A stretch of DNA of 64,000 nt from the human T2T-CHM13v2.0 reference genome, Homo sapiens, in NCBI RefSeq assembly GCF_009914755.1, contig NC_060942.1, one strand, 5' to 3'. This document shows, one piece after another, positions 1 to 13,689 of the stretch (within the stretch, counting starts at the first letter, position 1; each line of letters starts with the position of its first letter). The notes beneath the pieces were generated by a model. The model ran no database searches. It was given only the letters and a program-made list of their open reading frames with translations, and was not told where the DNA came from. Position numbers and translations under genes: made by a program.

Positions 1-2230
1 TATACCAATAAGCTATGCAAAGCAATAACCTTCCTTTCCTTTTGTCTAATCTGAGTGACTGCATCAATACATGCACACACAAGTTTACATATTGGAGCAT
101 ACATATCTGCCTGTGTGCATTAATTTATACCCTTAGTCAAAATAAAGTCTTGATTCTTATACTTACAGCTTCCACTGCACAAGAGGAATGTCAAATACTA
201 TCAGTTAAATTAGCAAGCACATTTTCAGGGAAATTGATTTTTGGAGTCTGAAATCCCTGAAATCACTCAAAGTCCTTGTTGCTTTTCAGGTGCCCCATTA
301 ATCTTTATAGGACTCTATTGACACTGGTGTCGGCTGCATTCCCTTGCAGGGCTTAGGGCAGATGTGAGCAGAACATCACAGCCCAGGGATTCAGTTCTAA
401 TTCAACAGAACTCACATTACTCCTTTAAACTAAACAGAAAATGATATAGAAGGGATTTGTAAAGACAAGGGTGTAAATTACAACAATGGTGCTGAACTAT
501 TCCTTGATAAAGATGGTTTCAGGGAAGAGCTTGTTTCTTGAATTATCTCCATTGCCACTTTATGTGGCTTGAAATTTAATAAGAGTGGGTCTCAAAGCCA
601 AGGGAGTGCTTCTCATCCAAATGCTGCCTCCTCTGGTGCATATTTAGGAGTATAGGAAGCAGCTAGGACTGGAAGTTTTGATAGGAAAAAAAGAATAGAG
701 TGAATTCAAATATGTAAACCCCATCTATAGAGACATAAAGAGCTATCAATAAAACTGAAGCTTAAAATAATAAATAAGACAAAATCATTAAGAAAACACT
801 ATAATGTGACCATGTTTTATTCCACATCCAACTGGAGCTAAACTGGGTAGTCTGAGCCCTAATTTAACGAGGAGTCTATGAAAGTGTCCTTCTTCCCTGA
901 AAGAAAAACAAAGATAAAAAGGTGCTGTGGATTTTTCAGAATTTTCAACAATAGCTATAGTTCTCTTACAGGTAAAAAGAATAAAATTGAAAAACACTGA
1001 GGAAGAAGTAGTTTTCCAAATTGTTAGCATTATTTCTAGGAAGACAAAAACTGTTGTTGGTTTCCTCTCTGGCATATCACTTGCAAACTCTGTCGCCACT
1101 GTGGCCTTTCTTAGATTCAGTTCTCAGGGTAGAGCAATTAGCAATCCATTTGTGAAAGCAGAACATAAAAAACGGACTCTTTCTGTCCATATACTCTAAA
1201 TTGTGCATGTAATGTAGATGGTGTGGTTAAGAAATATTGGTTATTTGCTGAAAATATGACCAATTCTACAGCAAATATTTAAAAATAACTGAGACAGGAG
1301 TAATGACTCTGTGGTGAACAATAAAAGACCATAATGATTTCAGTGATGACATTGTCCCATTGCTTAGGAAGTCAGAATAAGTCTGTTAAACCATGAGATA
1401 CAACCCTTTTTTTCAGAACAGCATTCTCTTTCATCTGAAAATGAGAGAAATTAAATATAGACAGACAGATAAAAAGGATTTACACCATTTTCAAGGTAAT
1501 TTATTTTCAGTGCTTACTTTCTCAGCTTTATTTTCTGTATTAAACTCTATAAAAGCTCTCTTAAGTTCCCCCAAGCATCTCTGAGTGAAGCAGTCCAAAA
1601 CATATATGAATTTGGTCATAAAGTGCATTTTATTCCTCTTGTCAAAACAACAAAAAAAGTCAGTAGGATATCTGGAATCACATAAAACAGACAGACGCCA
1701 GAAGGAGAGATGCATTAAAATCCTCTAATATCTGACACTCAGAGAGAATAACTGCATGAGGATGATTCAGACACTTGTGCTTGATATTAACCGGAAGAAA
1801 ACATTCACTTTCTGTTGTAAGAACTACATATGGACAGGCTTTACTTATCATTTTTCCTCTGGGTATACTGATAAATTTGAAAGCACAGAAGAGTGGAATA
1901 TTAAAGTTGACTCACCATTTCACCAAAAAAACATGTGGCTGTTTATGTGAATTATACATCACTGCCACTTTAAATAAATGTTGGAAAAAGAAAAATTGGA
2001 TGTATACTCCTGGTGAACATTTTAAATATGGGGATTCTTTGTACAGATAGACAAGAGGTTTTTAAACAACTTAAACATTGATCCTCATAAACCTCCACTG
2101 GGCTGACCTATGATTCTAATGGACAATGTGATCACCCAAGACATAGCAGAGTGTAGCCAGGATAGCAGATAGCTTCACTGTCAGCTACAAGAACCATCTT
2201 TAAGTGAGAACCATAGCCAAAGTTTACAAC

Positions 2231-2590
2231 TGCTATGGACTGAATGTTTCTGTCCACCCCAAATTCATATGTTGAAGGTAAACCTCTAATGTGATGGTAT
2301 TTGGAGGTGGGGACTTTGGGAGCTAATTAGGCCATTAAGGGGAAACCCTCAAGAAAGGGATTCATGTCCCTGTAAGTGGAGAAGAGACCAGAACTATCTC
2401 TCAGCCATATAAAAATACTATGAGAAATTGGCCATCTGTAAACCAAGAGGAGGGCCCTTGCCAAGAACTCAACCATATTGGCACCATGATCTGGGTCTTC
2501 CAGACTCCAAAACTGTGAGAAATAAATGTTTGATATTTAAGTCATGAAGTCAGTGGTGTCTTGTTACTGCAGTCAAAACTGACTAAGACA
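2231..2590 (+). mobile_element. MaLR solo LTR (MLT1A/MST-like)
   Basis: Starts TGCTATGGACTGAATGT...CCCCAAATTCATATGTTGAAG and ends GACTAAGACA; contains AATAAA; 360 bp; 5-bp TSD ACAAC/ACAAT with one mismatch. Confidence 0.9.
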
Positions 2591-2729
2591 ACAATCTTAC
2601 ACAGATCATAAAATTTTTCTTGTGTTTTCCAGTATACAAAATAAATTCACTTGAGTTCCTTTAATCCTTATAATAACTCAGTGGACCAGGTACAAACTCA
2701 ATGGGTCAGCATAGATGGGTAGATCTTCA

Positions 2730-2865
2730 TGCTATCCATGAGGAAGACACAAAATGAGGTTTGGAGACATTGTGTGACTTACATAAAGTCACAAATCTGA
2801 TAAATGACTTAGTGGGATAAGACTCCCATTCTTCATACTACTAGGATAATGTTCTTTCCATTATA
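2730..2865 (-). mobile_element. MIR fragment
   Basis: AAATGAGGTTTGGAGACATTGTGTGACTTACATAAAGTCACA resembles the antisense MIR core. Confidence 0.55.
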
Positions 2866-4129
2866 CAAGTCTTTTTACAACTTTTTTTTTTTTTTTTTTT
2901 TTTTTACCACTTCTATGTTTTTCCCTTTTGTTTTATGGACTTTGTGTTTTGAAAGATTTTGTTAACTAAATGACTCAACACTTATCACATGGTAGTCACT
3001 GTAGCTTTACCATATACAAGTAAATGTGGAACTTTTCTTTTGGTCTCAAATGGGAAACAGATCATGTAAGCTTCTTACTCTCTTAGAGAATTCTGAGACT
3101 TACTGTACCATACCCACCTCACCTCCCACTGAGAAAATAAACCCAGGATCTACCTATCATACACCGGTGTCAATTTCACAGCTTTTCTTCTGCTGCTCGT
3201 GAAGCCTGGGGATAGTATTTGGATGAATGTAGAGAAAAATGGAATATTTTGGAATAGCTCAAAGTCTTTTTAGAGACTACTGGAAGCAGGGAGGAGAATG
3301 AGGATATTACATACTTCATGATTTTCCCAGTGTTGACCTTGCTTCATATATAAAATGAAAGACAGCAATGAGACAATGGCCATAATTTAATGACTAAAGT
3401 AAATGGTTTACTGAAGGTCAGATGGATTATTTTTAGCCTTCATAATAAGCAAATCAAATCACTGCCTGATTCATATGGTCAAATGATGCACAGTTGAATA
3501 TAAAAATAACTAAACATGACAGATAATTTGAACTGTGCCTAGTTAGCAACTACATGATTTGTGTTAACTTCGTAAAAGCAACTTGCTAAAGACCTACAAT
3601 AGCTAATGTCTACACAGATGTTAAAGAAGTAAAAGGCTCAACCCCCAGCCAGAACATTCTGAAAATGCAGCCTATTCAATGCTGAATAAGAATGTGAGGA
3701 GCCCTATGACTAATACAATTCCGGTCACACTGTAGAGTTAAGAAATATGAATGTACTTTATCCATCAATTACACTTCAGGAAGTGCTGGTAAGCCTTAAG
3801 TTAGCAATTAAATTCAAACAGACAATCTAATATTCACAAAAGACATATTGCAAGTGTGTTAGCTTTATCATTTGTGCATTTTCCTTTGTACCTTTAATAA
3901 TTTATATTCTGTACAATCCAAACTCTTTAGCAGACCATGACTGTTACAACAGATTTTCAGATAACCATTACTGTCTTCTCTACACACACTTATTTAGTCT
4001 CACCCAGCTCCTTAAGATTCCCCTCATCTTACCTTGCTCTTTTGTGTCACTCCACTGTTTCACAGGACTGCCCCTCTTTCCTTTAAATCTTTCTTACACT
4101 AATCAACTTGATGAACTCCTATTTTATCA

Positions 4130-4421
4130 CTTGCAGTCTTCTTTGTGGAGTCTTTCATGATGTCTCACCTTTCTCCTCACTCTATGCAGAGCTAGGTGTT
4201 CTCTTCTCTTTGATCCTGTGACATGTTTCTGATAGAGTCTGTTGGTTATGGTCTTTTTTCACATTTTATTAGCTGTCCATGTACTGGCCCCCCACCCCCC
4301 ATCCCCTCCAAGAACTCAAACTCCAGAAAGAACGAACTGTGGTATATTGATATCTGAATCCCTGGAGTTTAGCTCAAAACTTGGCACAAAGCAAGTGTTC
4401 AATAAACATTTGTTGAATAAA
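4130..4421 (+). mobile_element. L2 3' end
   Basis: Ends TTGGCACAAAGCAAGTGTTCAATAAACATTTGTTGAATAAA, the typical L2 terminus. Confidence 0.7.
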
Positions 4422-4875
4422 TGTCTTAGGTCGGATTCCCTAGAAACAGAACCTGAGACTGAAATTCTTATCCAGTGATTTATTGAAGAAGCTCTCTTAG
4501 GAGAAGTTGTAAGGAAGCGGGGGAAGCAGGATACAAAGCTGGGAAAGGAACCAAGCAAGTAAGTGATTTCAGATGAGTTCTAGGCTCAGCCTGATCCCAG
4601 GATGTCTCTGGAGTGTGAGGGGCACCACAGAGTTGTTCCCTCTTGAGGCAACAGGGCTTGCCTTCAGTATCCTTATGCCATTCAGTTTTTAACTGTGGGC
4701 CGCCTGGGGAGAGAACGTGAAAAATCCCAGACATTTCCAAGCTGGACAGCTTTAGTCTGCCCAGGAAGTCTCCCGAGAAGGGATACAGTTGAATGCTCAT
4801 CATTCATAGCAACCCCAGCGTGGGTGCACTGTTCCAGGAAAGGGACCTGGTTAGGGTAACACCAGTGTTTACTGC
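4422..4875 (-). mobile_element. ERVL-class solo LTR (LTR33/LTR16-like)
   Basis: TGTCTTAGGTCGGATTCCCTAGAAACAGAACCTGAGAC...GTGATTTATTGA matches the reverse-complemented 3' end of old ERVL LTRs, with a minus-strand AATAAA. Confidence 0.65.
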
Positions 4876-5129
4876 CCCCTCCCAAAAAAGATTTAAGATT
4901 CTTCTTTTATACACATAAAACATATTCCCAGAGAAAATTCAACTAATAGGAATTCCTGAAATTCTGGAAGTACAAATTTCTGTATCAACCCTTTAATTGT
5001 TCTTTTTACCAAAATAAACTGAGGGACTGAAAAGGAATAGGAAATGACAATGAGGATGTTTATGTGTCAAGTACACACACATTCTCCAAACTATTGTGTA
5101 TAATAATGCACATTAAATAGAATTATGAA

Positions 5130-5350
5130 TGTGGAATACCAGAAAGAGTTCATACTAGCAATCAGACATCCGGTTCAAATACTAGTTTTGCCTGTGTAGC
5201 CCAAGGCAGATCACTGCCCCTCTCGTCTGTTTTCTCCTTTGGGAAATGATGATGATAAGATCTACTTCATATGTTTCTGGCAAAGATTAGACAAAAAATA
5301 TATAAACAACCTTACAAGGTACTTAGTACAGAGTTAGGATGGTGTTATAT
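5130..5350 (+). mobile_element. MIR
   Basis: CAGACATCCGGTTCAAATACTAG...CTGTTTTCTCCTTTGGGAAATG resembles the MIR core. Confidence 0.6.
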
Positions 5351-5579
5351 ATTATTTCACTTTATTTATTTACTATGTCCAAAAACAAATATAGTTCTTA
5401 GCAGAACATTCTACTAATATTCTTTCATATTGAGAGTCCTCTTTCAATATTTTAGAATATTTTTGAAGTACAGGATCCATAGTAGGGAAGAAGCTAAGCT
5501 CATTCTCATGTTCAGCTTAAAAACTGAATCTAACCACATTAGAAAACATTTCTACTTCCTCTAATCACTCTTTTTCATT

Positions 5580-5785
5580 ACCCTAAGTTACTACCTTCAG
5601 AGCACTAATCACTGTGTAAAATTGTTTAAATTTATTACCTCTTTGGTTTTATTGTCTACTACTCTCTCCAAGTAAAATCTAATCTTTTTAAGGGTAGCTA
5701 CCTATTCTCTTGTTCAATGTAACATCGTTGTCATCAAACTCTGCCTGGCACATTGTTGGTAGTAAATAAATAATTGACCAACTGT
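5580..5785 (+). mobile_element. L2 3' end
   Basis: CTCTGCCTGGCACATTGTTGGTAGTAAATAAATAATTG. Confidence 0.6.
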
Positions 5786-8389
5786 CTTACAGCTATTTTA
5801 AATTATCTTATCAAAATCTCAAGCTTGTTTTGACTTACAGGCAGGGTTAAATGTGTTTTCACTTAGAAGAAATTAAAGGCCACACCTACTATACCTATTC
5901 TGTGACCTATGTGAGCACACTTCATTTCAGAGCAACAGGTATGTCAGTAGTATTAATATTCACTTAACCATTAATTATGACAACTCCTAGCAAACTCTTA
6001 TTTTCAGATTCTCAATTCAAGCAAAGTTGCAATTCTGTGCTTTTCAAGGTACTACTACTACTCCAAGAATATAGTAAATAGACAAGTCACAGAATTGTCA
6101 TATAGTTCTTGAATTATCATGATAACCAAAAATGATACTTTATAATTTTGTGGGATAAGAAAAAATAATACTTCATAATTGTATAGTATTTTGTGTGCAT
6201 CATCATATTTCATCCTGTGAATATCTCTATACATAGTGATATTTTGTTTATTCATTTGTTTTTCAAAATTTTCTACTGGCATCTAGCCTACTTTCTTGAT
6301 GGGGTCTTTAGACATATGTAAATATAAATTTATATTTTTCTAAATTATGACTTTTTAAAGATGTTTTGGATTCTTAATTTACTTGATTGTACTTGCAGTT
6401 AGATGTGAATAGCTGTCTCACCTTTTTCCTTTATATGGCTTAATACAATACAACCCATTTTAGAACCTTGAAGTTAGTGGTAATATTGATATCAGTCAAA
6501 AGAACAAAGAAAAAAAGAGGTTTGAGGTTTAATGTGATTACATAAATGTATAAATGGGTATCTGAGGGTTTCTAGTGTTGACTTACATTTACAACTGTCC
6601 TGGTTGCTGATGAGTGTAAATATATGAATGGTGGCGATTCTCATTGCTTTAACTACTCTGTTCTCCTCCTCTTGATATACCTGTAAGACGTGATTCATCT
6701 CTGCAACAGAAGACTAATGCAGTCAAAAAATACAGAACAATTATGTGAGAAAGATTATTTTTTCTTTCACTTTAGAGGTTAATATAAGTACTTGTAGTTA
6801 CATAATCCAAATAGTTAATACTCTGTATGTATTTCAATAATCTTTCTCAGATACATATAGAAAAATCTGGCAAAATTCAAACATGCTGAAGATCAGATCA
6901 AATGTGATATTGTGTTTCACCAGGTGGTTACTAAATATTTGTTGAGAAAATAAAATATATTCAATGATTTAAGGATTGCATATTGAGTAACTCTATTTTC
7001 AGTTTCACATTGAAATTTGAAATATACACACTAAATAACTAGACTTTATTTCATTTGAAGTCTGAATGCTCATTACAAGGTGATGGATGAATTATATAAA
7101 GAGAATATAACTCAGTCCATAACTTTTTAGTTAGAAAATTGTTTCTCCTCATTTACTAAATTACTCAGTAACAATTTAATGGGTAAAGAGGGAAAAGGAA
7201 CACTAAAAATGAAAGTGAAAATCTAGGCTCTCAGAATGAATAATATGATAATTTTTCAGACGAATGCTTTAGATTCTATCAATGAAAAAGTACCTGATTT
7301 AAAAAATGAATGTTTAATATTCGAAAGAAATTAAATTCCCCTAGATCCCTGCTAAAAGTTTCATTGCATTTCCAAATTAAACAACTCTTTCAGGAACTGC
7401 TCAATGTGTCAGTCGTCTTTAATAATTGAATTTGCTCCAAGAAATAAGCAAATAAAGAGCTTCTGAGTATTATTCTATGTCTTCATCACATTGGAAAACT
7501 TCAAAATTTGAAATTTAATGTAATCATTTGTTTTCTAGACTTCTTGATTTTGTAGGCCAGAAGTTGATGCTGAAGTTATCTTGACATTAACTTTTTTCAT
7601 TATGATGTCACAAGCCAAACAGAAAGATTGTGAAACTGTGTAACTTAGGGCTGCAGTGATCGTTTGCAGGATCCACAGGGATCTCTGTTTCCGAATACAC
7701 AAAGATCTCTTTTTTCACCCTAGCTTTAAAGTTTCCTTTGGCCTGTTGGCTTTCTAAGTGTACTTGTACCTAAAATAAAATTAGTAAGTCACGTGAAATG
7801 TGACATGGTATAAATGTTTTGGGATGATATTTGCAAAGGCCTTTAAATATAAATTTCTACCATTCAAATAAATATCAGGTAAAGATATTTCATTGCAAAA
7901 TGTCAAGGCAAGTAATTGATGTGCCTCATAAGCAGTGTTTAAGTTTGTTGTTCTCTGTGAAATAATGTTTAGTTGGGTCCACACTATATTTATGTACATT
8001 TAGTCTATATTTATGTACATATTAAGCAGATTATTTTACAGGCTAAGTACTTTTTGCAATAAATTAAGGTTTTAGTAAATTAAATTGTTATATTTAATTC
8101 AAGTTTTCTTTATTTAACTAATAATACTCTGTTCCTTTATTTTATTGGATGAGATATAGACCATAACAACAACAAACTGAAGAGAAGAAAAAAATAACAG
8201 ACATGAGTTCAAGGGACATCAGCGCCAGCCAATGGTTTTCCTCTCCATAATAGCTACAAAGCTATATTTCTAACCCAACCACATTTCTAAATCATTTCAC
8301 TTCCCTACAGCCTTTATCAGTTCTCACTCAGCTTGAAATAGTTTTTCCCTATATGAGGTAATTTTGCACAATAGACAGACTCACTATTT

Positions 8390-9300
8390 AATATATTATT
8401 TTTTCTTTTATTTAGAAACACTATATATATATATATAGAGAGAGAGAGAGCGCTATATACTTAGTAAATGTAGACACGAAAAAATAAGGAAAATGTACTC
8501 TCATTACACATCACAATAGATAGTTGCTATTAACTTTCTCTTGTATGCATACATAAGTTGTAAAAATGACATGATATGGTACAATCTGTTTTGCTATTTA
8601 CCGTGGTCACTTGACAAACTATTATGAAGATGTTTTCATTTCAGTTAATGTATTTCACCCTATAGTTGTTATTCATTATCACAATTCTGCTATGATCCTA
8701 CTTGTGACTAAACCTTCCTTGAAGGAAGCCTGATAGTTCTTTTATCAGCATTTATATCTTATATTGTTGTCTTTTACCTAATTTTGTCAAGAATATATAT
8801 TATGCTTCCTTGACCTGTATTCTCAGATATCTTTTCTGCCCAGGAAATTTTTATTCTTTTCTCTTTTCACTGTTAGTTTGTTTCCATTCATTCTGTATTT
8901 TATTCAGGAGTATAGATCATCTGGATGTTAGGTCTCTTTCTCTGCATCCCAGAAAATCTTCTTAAATATCTTTCCTACATTACAGATTTGTGTTTTTTAA
9001 ATTATGGTCAATGTTTTCATTCCTATTTCAAATATCATTCAAAATTCTGTTATGACATTTTTCCACTTCTCTTAAACTTTTCCAACCCCTATTTTATTTT
9101 CATTTTCAAGCATTTCACTTCCTTTTCATAGAAAACATATCTGCCTTTACTTCCTTAAAGCAAACAGATTCTATCTCATTTTGCTTTTGTTTCCTGTTAA
9201 ATATATTATTAAAAAAACATTGTCTTTATCCACTTTTAAATTACTTTATATTTTTATACTGCAGAATAGCTTTAATAAGTCCCCTGTTAATTTTTTGCCT
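8390..9300 (-). mobile_element. Ancient L1M/L1ME fragments
   Basis: T-rich degraded sequence with antisense L1M-like tracts (e.g. GGAAATTTTTATTC...TCAGGAGTATAGATCATCTGGATGTTAGGTCT). Confidence 0.4.
8422..8450. repeat. (TA)n(GA)n compound microsatellite
   Basis: TATATATATATATATAGAGAGAGAGAGAG read directly. Confidence 0.9.
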
Positions 9301-10065
9301 CAAATGAAGTGACAACACCTCTGGCCTTTTATTTTGCTCCTAAATGTTGTAAATGCTCCATCTTCAAATCCGCTCACTCTCTTGGTACCTTATGCCCATA
9401 TAAGAAGTCTAAGGCCACACCAAAGTCAGGGGAAAGGAAGATGTATCAGAGATTGAATATCGTCCCAGGAGGTAAAATATTCTTTGTGTTAAAAAGACTT
9501 CTCTGTGCTCATTAAAAATACTTTAAGATGCCAGCTTTCATCGTTTAAATTTTTGTGCATCCTGGTCTCTGTTCTAGGTACACAATATAGTTGTGGTCAG
9601 CTTCCTTCAAGTTGCTGTTGTCAGTGTTATGGAAGGACACATTGCTATGCCAGAGAAGAGCTCTAAAGCATCATGTTAGGTCTTACCTTTCAGAAGAGTG
9701 CTCATCATGATAAAAAGCCCTTTTAGAGAAAGTAAGCTCTTAAAGGCTGTCCTAATGGTTCTTCTAACAGCGAAGTTTCTGAGTGCTGTGGAATCACCAT
9801 GGTAAACCAAGGTTCAAGTGGATTGACTTCCACCTGGCACAGGACACCAGAAACAGGTCTTCTACATTTTATGTTTAAAATCTTATAGGTGAATTTGAAT
9901 AAATAAAAATGAATCAATGAAAGGAGAATGTTCAGTAAGATTCATTCCATATTAAAATTATTCTATAATCTTTACTTTTTTCCCTTTGTGTATATATGTA
10001 TAACTAGATATAAGTATATTAGTACATGTGTAGATATATTAGTATATAAATATATATACGCACAT

Positions 10066-10199
10066 ATATATGTTTTACATATAAAACATATCAACATATT
10101 ATATATGTTTTACATGTAAAACATATCAACATATTATATATGTTTTACATATAAAACATATCAACATATTATATATGTTTTACATATAAAACATATATA
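10066..10199. repeat. 35-bp AT-rich minisatellite, ~3.7 copies, palindromic unit
   Basis: TGTTTTACAT(A/G)TAAAACATATCAACATATTATATA starts at 10071, 10106, 10141 and 10176 (last copy partial). Confidence 0.95.
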
Positions 10200-10757
10200 A
10201 TAGAGCCCTTCTATATACTTTATTTACTAAATGTTTACAAGAAATATAAAGTTCCTTATTTGTTTAAAAGATTATTTAATGACTGATTATAAAATATAAT
10301 TGAAGTCCCTTCTTTTACATTTCAATGCATGTTAAATTTAATTTTGAATTTCCTGGGAACCACAACAAATAACAATATATTATAGATTATTCACATATGG
10401 TCAATGAAAACAGACCAATGATTCAGATTAGAAAACATTACTGAACTAAATTCTAAAATTATATATTATAAGGCAAGTTGTATTCACTGGCCATTATACA
10501 ACATAACAGACCAATTATATTTAGTTTTCTAAAAAGTGTAAAGCTAAGCATATTAGGCCCCTTTAATTGTAACTAACCCTGATGGCCCTGGTAATATAAA
10601 GGATCCATGATGAAGTTTATGAATGATATCTAGAGGCCTGGTACTTGGAGTATCATTTCTGATTATTTACTGCCTCAAGATGGCACGACATAAAGTCAGA
10701 TAAATAATCACCAGGATGGCATGTAAGATAAACACACTTACTTTCTGTCAACCAGCT

Positions 10758-10940
10758 CAGTGGTTCTCAAACTGGAGTGTGCATTGGAATGCCCATGGGA
10801 GCACGTTAAAATTCAAATGTCCTGGCTCCGTCCTGAGTATCTGATTCGGCAGGTCTGAGGTAGGGCCTTCAAGATTACATTTCTAACATGGTCCCAGATG
10901 ATGCTGCCAGTCCAGCACCACACTTTGATAATCCCATTTC
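10758..10940. mobile_element. MER5A hAT-Charlie MITE
   Basis: CAGTGGTTCTCAAACT...CTGATTCGGCAGGTCTGAGGTAGGGCC...CATTTCTAACA...CCCAGATGATGCTG...CCACACTTTGA. Confidence 0.85.
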
Positions 10941-11059
10941 TAGGGTATTCTGCTTCAGAGGAGCATTATTCAGCGGGTGGTTTGGGAATTATTGTGGACA
11001 TAGAGGTTGAAAAAATAAAAACAATATTTGAAGAAGGATGCCAATAATGTATTCATTGT

Positions 11060-11200
11060 AATGATCCTATATTAATAGTTATTTAGTTCTCTATATTTTA
11101 CTTATGATGTTATTTCATTTAACCCTCAAAATAATCTTGTGAATATCGACTCATTATCACCATTTTCAACCAAATGAACTGAAACTCAGAGAACCTAAGT
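11060..11200 (-). mobile_element. MIR fragment
   Basis: TTATTTCATTTAACCCTCAAAATAATCTTGTGA...AACTGAAACTCAGAGA. Confidence 0.65.
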
Positions 11201-11829
11201 GAGAGAACCCAGAGAAGAATCTATGTATCTTAATTTTCAACCAATATTGTTTTTGAACAATATGGTACACACAGCTACATTTTTTTCATGAAGGAATATG
11301 TGACAGCTTGCTGGTGATTTACTAGAATGTTGTGTCCTTCAGTTTGTATATTTTCATCTAATACTTTTGAAACAACAGCAATTACAGAGAATGCAGGTCA
11401 ACATCAGGCCACTGGTAATTTGTGATTAAATGTTCTTCTCTTGCATATAGTGTGTTATTTAAACTTAGTATAGACAAGATGCAATTTTGGTTTTGTTTTT
11501 GTTTTTCTTCTTTGTCTTTGGTTACTACGGAGAACCTGTAGCTGGAATGCCGTCATTAAGAATTGAGGTAGGAAATTCCAGGTCATCACATTTGTTGGCT
11601 TAGTCTGTAGAGATTCTGTAGGTATGAGATGTTTTCAGTGACTTGATACGACCATTTTTATCTTTTCCCTCTGTATTTTAGTATCATTTTCCTGTACTCC
11701 AAGTGTTTATAGGGGAATTTTTAAAAACAGCTAGCTAATGTTAAAATTCTAGCATTTTGTGTTTATCGTAAAGACTGTGTGTCTACAGAATTCTGTGACA
11801 ACTTCACAGGGGCAACCCAAATTTACTTC

Positions 11830-11892
11830 TAGTATCATACATACTCCCAAAATATGTACAACTATGATATATCAATTAAAAATATTTAAAAA
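11830..11892 (+). mobile_element. L1MA-like extreme 3' tip
   Basis: ACTCCCAAAATATGTACAACTATGATATATCAATTAAAAAT matches L1MA 3' termini. Confidence 0.55.
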
Positions 11893-12774
11893 TCATATAT
11901 TTCTTTTCTCCCTTTTCTCTCTCCAGCCAAAGGCAAACAAAATAGTGATTTTTCTAATACGTAGCATTAGGACAGAGCCTATGGGGGAGCACTATGTAGC
12001 AACCACTTTTTTACTCTATAGGAACTGTATTTTTTTTCCCTGCTTCCTAAGCCAGAGAGAAAATTGAAGCTCTGGGGATCAAGAGGCTTTGATAAAAGTA
12101 AAGTACAAATGATGCCAAGGAAATAGTAAAACTCATGTAATTGTGTCTCAAGCATAGAACTGGCATGAAACAAGAGTGCTGTGTGTGACTCTGCAAATAT
12201 TCAAGATTATGATGGATGTGGTAAAAATTGTTCAAACCTCCTTGTTTCTCTGCTTTACAGTGCACTGGTAAATGGATTCTATTACATTAGAAGATAGGAC
12301 CATTAGAGAAAAAAAGAGAAAGAAAGGGAGAAAACAAAGACTTTTCAACCAGTGCATAGTGCCAATGGCCATAGGTAAAATCAGTGTGATCATTGAGAAG
12401 TTTGGTGCATTTCTGATCACTATGCTTGATAAGAGTATATGCACTATAATTTCATTATGTCTATGTCTTCTGAAAGTGAAAAAATATATTAATCAAATCA
12501 GGGTTACAAACTTCAGGCATTTCAACCAGGTCTCTCTCTTTTTTCCTCATTAACTCTATGAGTGGTTTGATTTTATGTTCAAGGTAGCTTTAAAATAATA
12601 AAATATGAGGTTGGTGCATCTCATCATTGGTGCATTTCATCTTCTAATGAAAATGATGAAAAGTGATCATAAAAATTCTTTAATTTTGCTAAAGAATAGG
12701 AGAAAATTCAGCACTAGTAAGTGTTCTAAACATGCATTTTAGATTTATCACATTTTACAGTGTTTCGCCCATTT

Positions 12775-12880
12775 ATGTGACTATGTCCCCAACTATATAG
12801 TAAACTCCTAGAAAGCAGGGATCTTTGATATCCCCAGCTCATAGTTGTGAGTTCTCAATATCTGTTGGTTGAATAAATGG
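12775..12880 (+). mobile_element. L2 3' end
   Basis: TAAACTCCTAGAAAGCAGGGA...CTCAATATCTGTTGGTTGAATAAATG. Confidence 0.6.
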
Positions 12881-13689
12881 AAGAAAAGCACAAATATTGG
12901 AATAATTGTAAATATTCGTGTTTTTTACTGAAGACAAAACTATGCAAGAGAGACAATAGAAAAATATCAGATCTTATTGTAAAAGAGAGCCTAAGTCTTC
13001 TGAATTTGAATTCAGGGTTCTAGAAACTAAAAAAAAAATAATACTAGGTCTACTCAGGAGTGATATTGAAAGTTCTATATAAAAGCATTGTTTGGATTAG
13101 GCTTGACTGATAAGTGGAAATATTTGTAATTCGTTTAATATCTGAACCCAAATTTCTGATTACTTTTGTAAAATTGACATTATTTTGACAAAGTGCTTTC
13201 TGTGAATACCATTGAGTGTTCACTTTTGAATCTCTAGGCCTTTGAGATTTCTCTCTGTCGCCTTTCACCACTCACATACACATGTGCTCACTCCTCTCTC
13301 TTCCTTTAGCTCTTGGCCTATACTCCTTCCTGATGGCCCTGTTCACAAAAACATCTTTGCCACTTTATTATCTACCCCTTATTCTGCTCTCCTTTTATAT
13401 AATGTTACCCCTCTGTAAATATTAACCTGGGAGTAAAAGTCAAAATATGTAACAATCAGCATGGGGATGCCAGGACCGCTAGTCAGGGCAGGTGCCTGCC
13501 AAGTTCCTATTGAGCCAGACACTAATCTTCTAGATCTTAGATCTAGAGGAAGTCTAGGGAATCCCTAGGGAGTGTCTGTGGAGGCCACAGCAAAAGAGGT
13601 ATACTTAAGGGACTACTTATCATGTGAAACAGAAATATTTTAGTAGTTCAGACTCTGTACAGCTATTCTAGCCCATCCCAGTGGAATAT

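Noticed and set aside
927-1199. Plus-strand acceptor TTCTCTTACAG followed by an open frame
   Set aside because: No recognisable homology and no convincing partner exons; such sites are common by chance.
4398-4421. Hairpin TTCAATAAACATTTGTTGAA as a terminator
   Set aside because: It is the normal L2 3' terminus.
10066-10199. CRISPR-like array (palindromic repeat with regular spacing)
   Set aside because: Linkers are identical and only ~11 bp, there are no cas genes, and the context is primate; it is a minisatellite.
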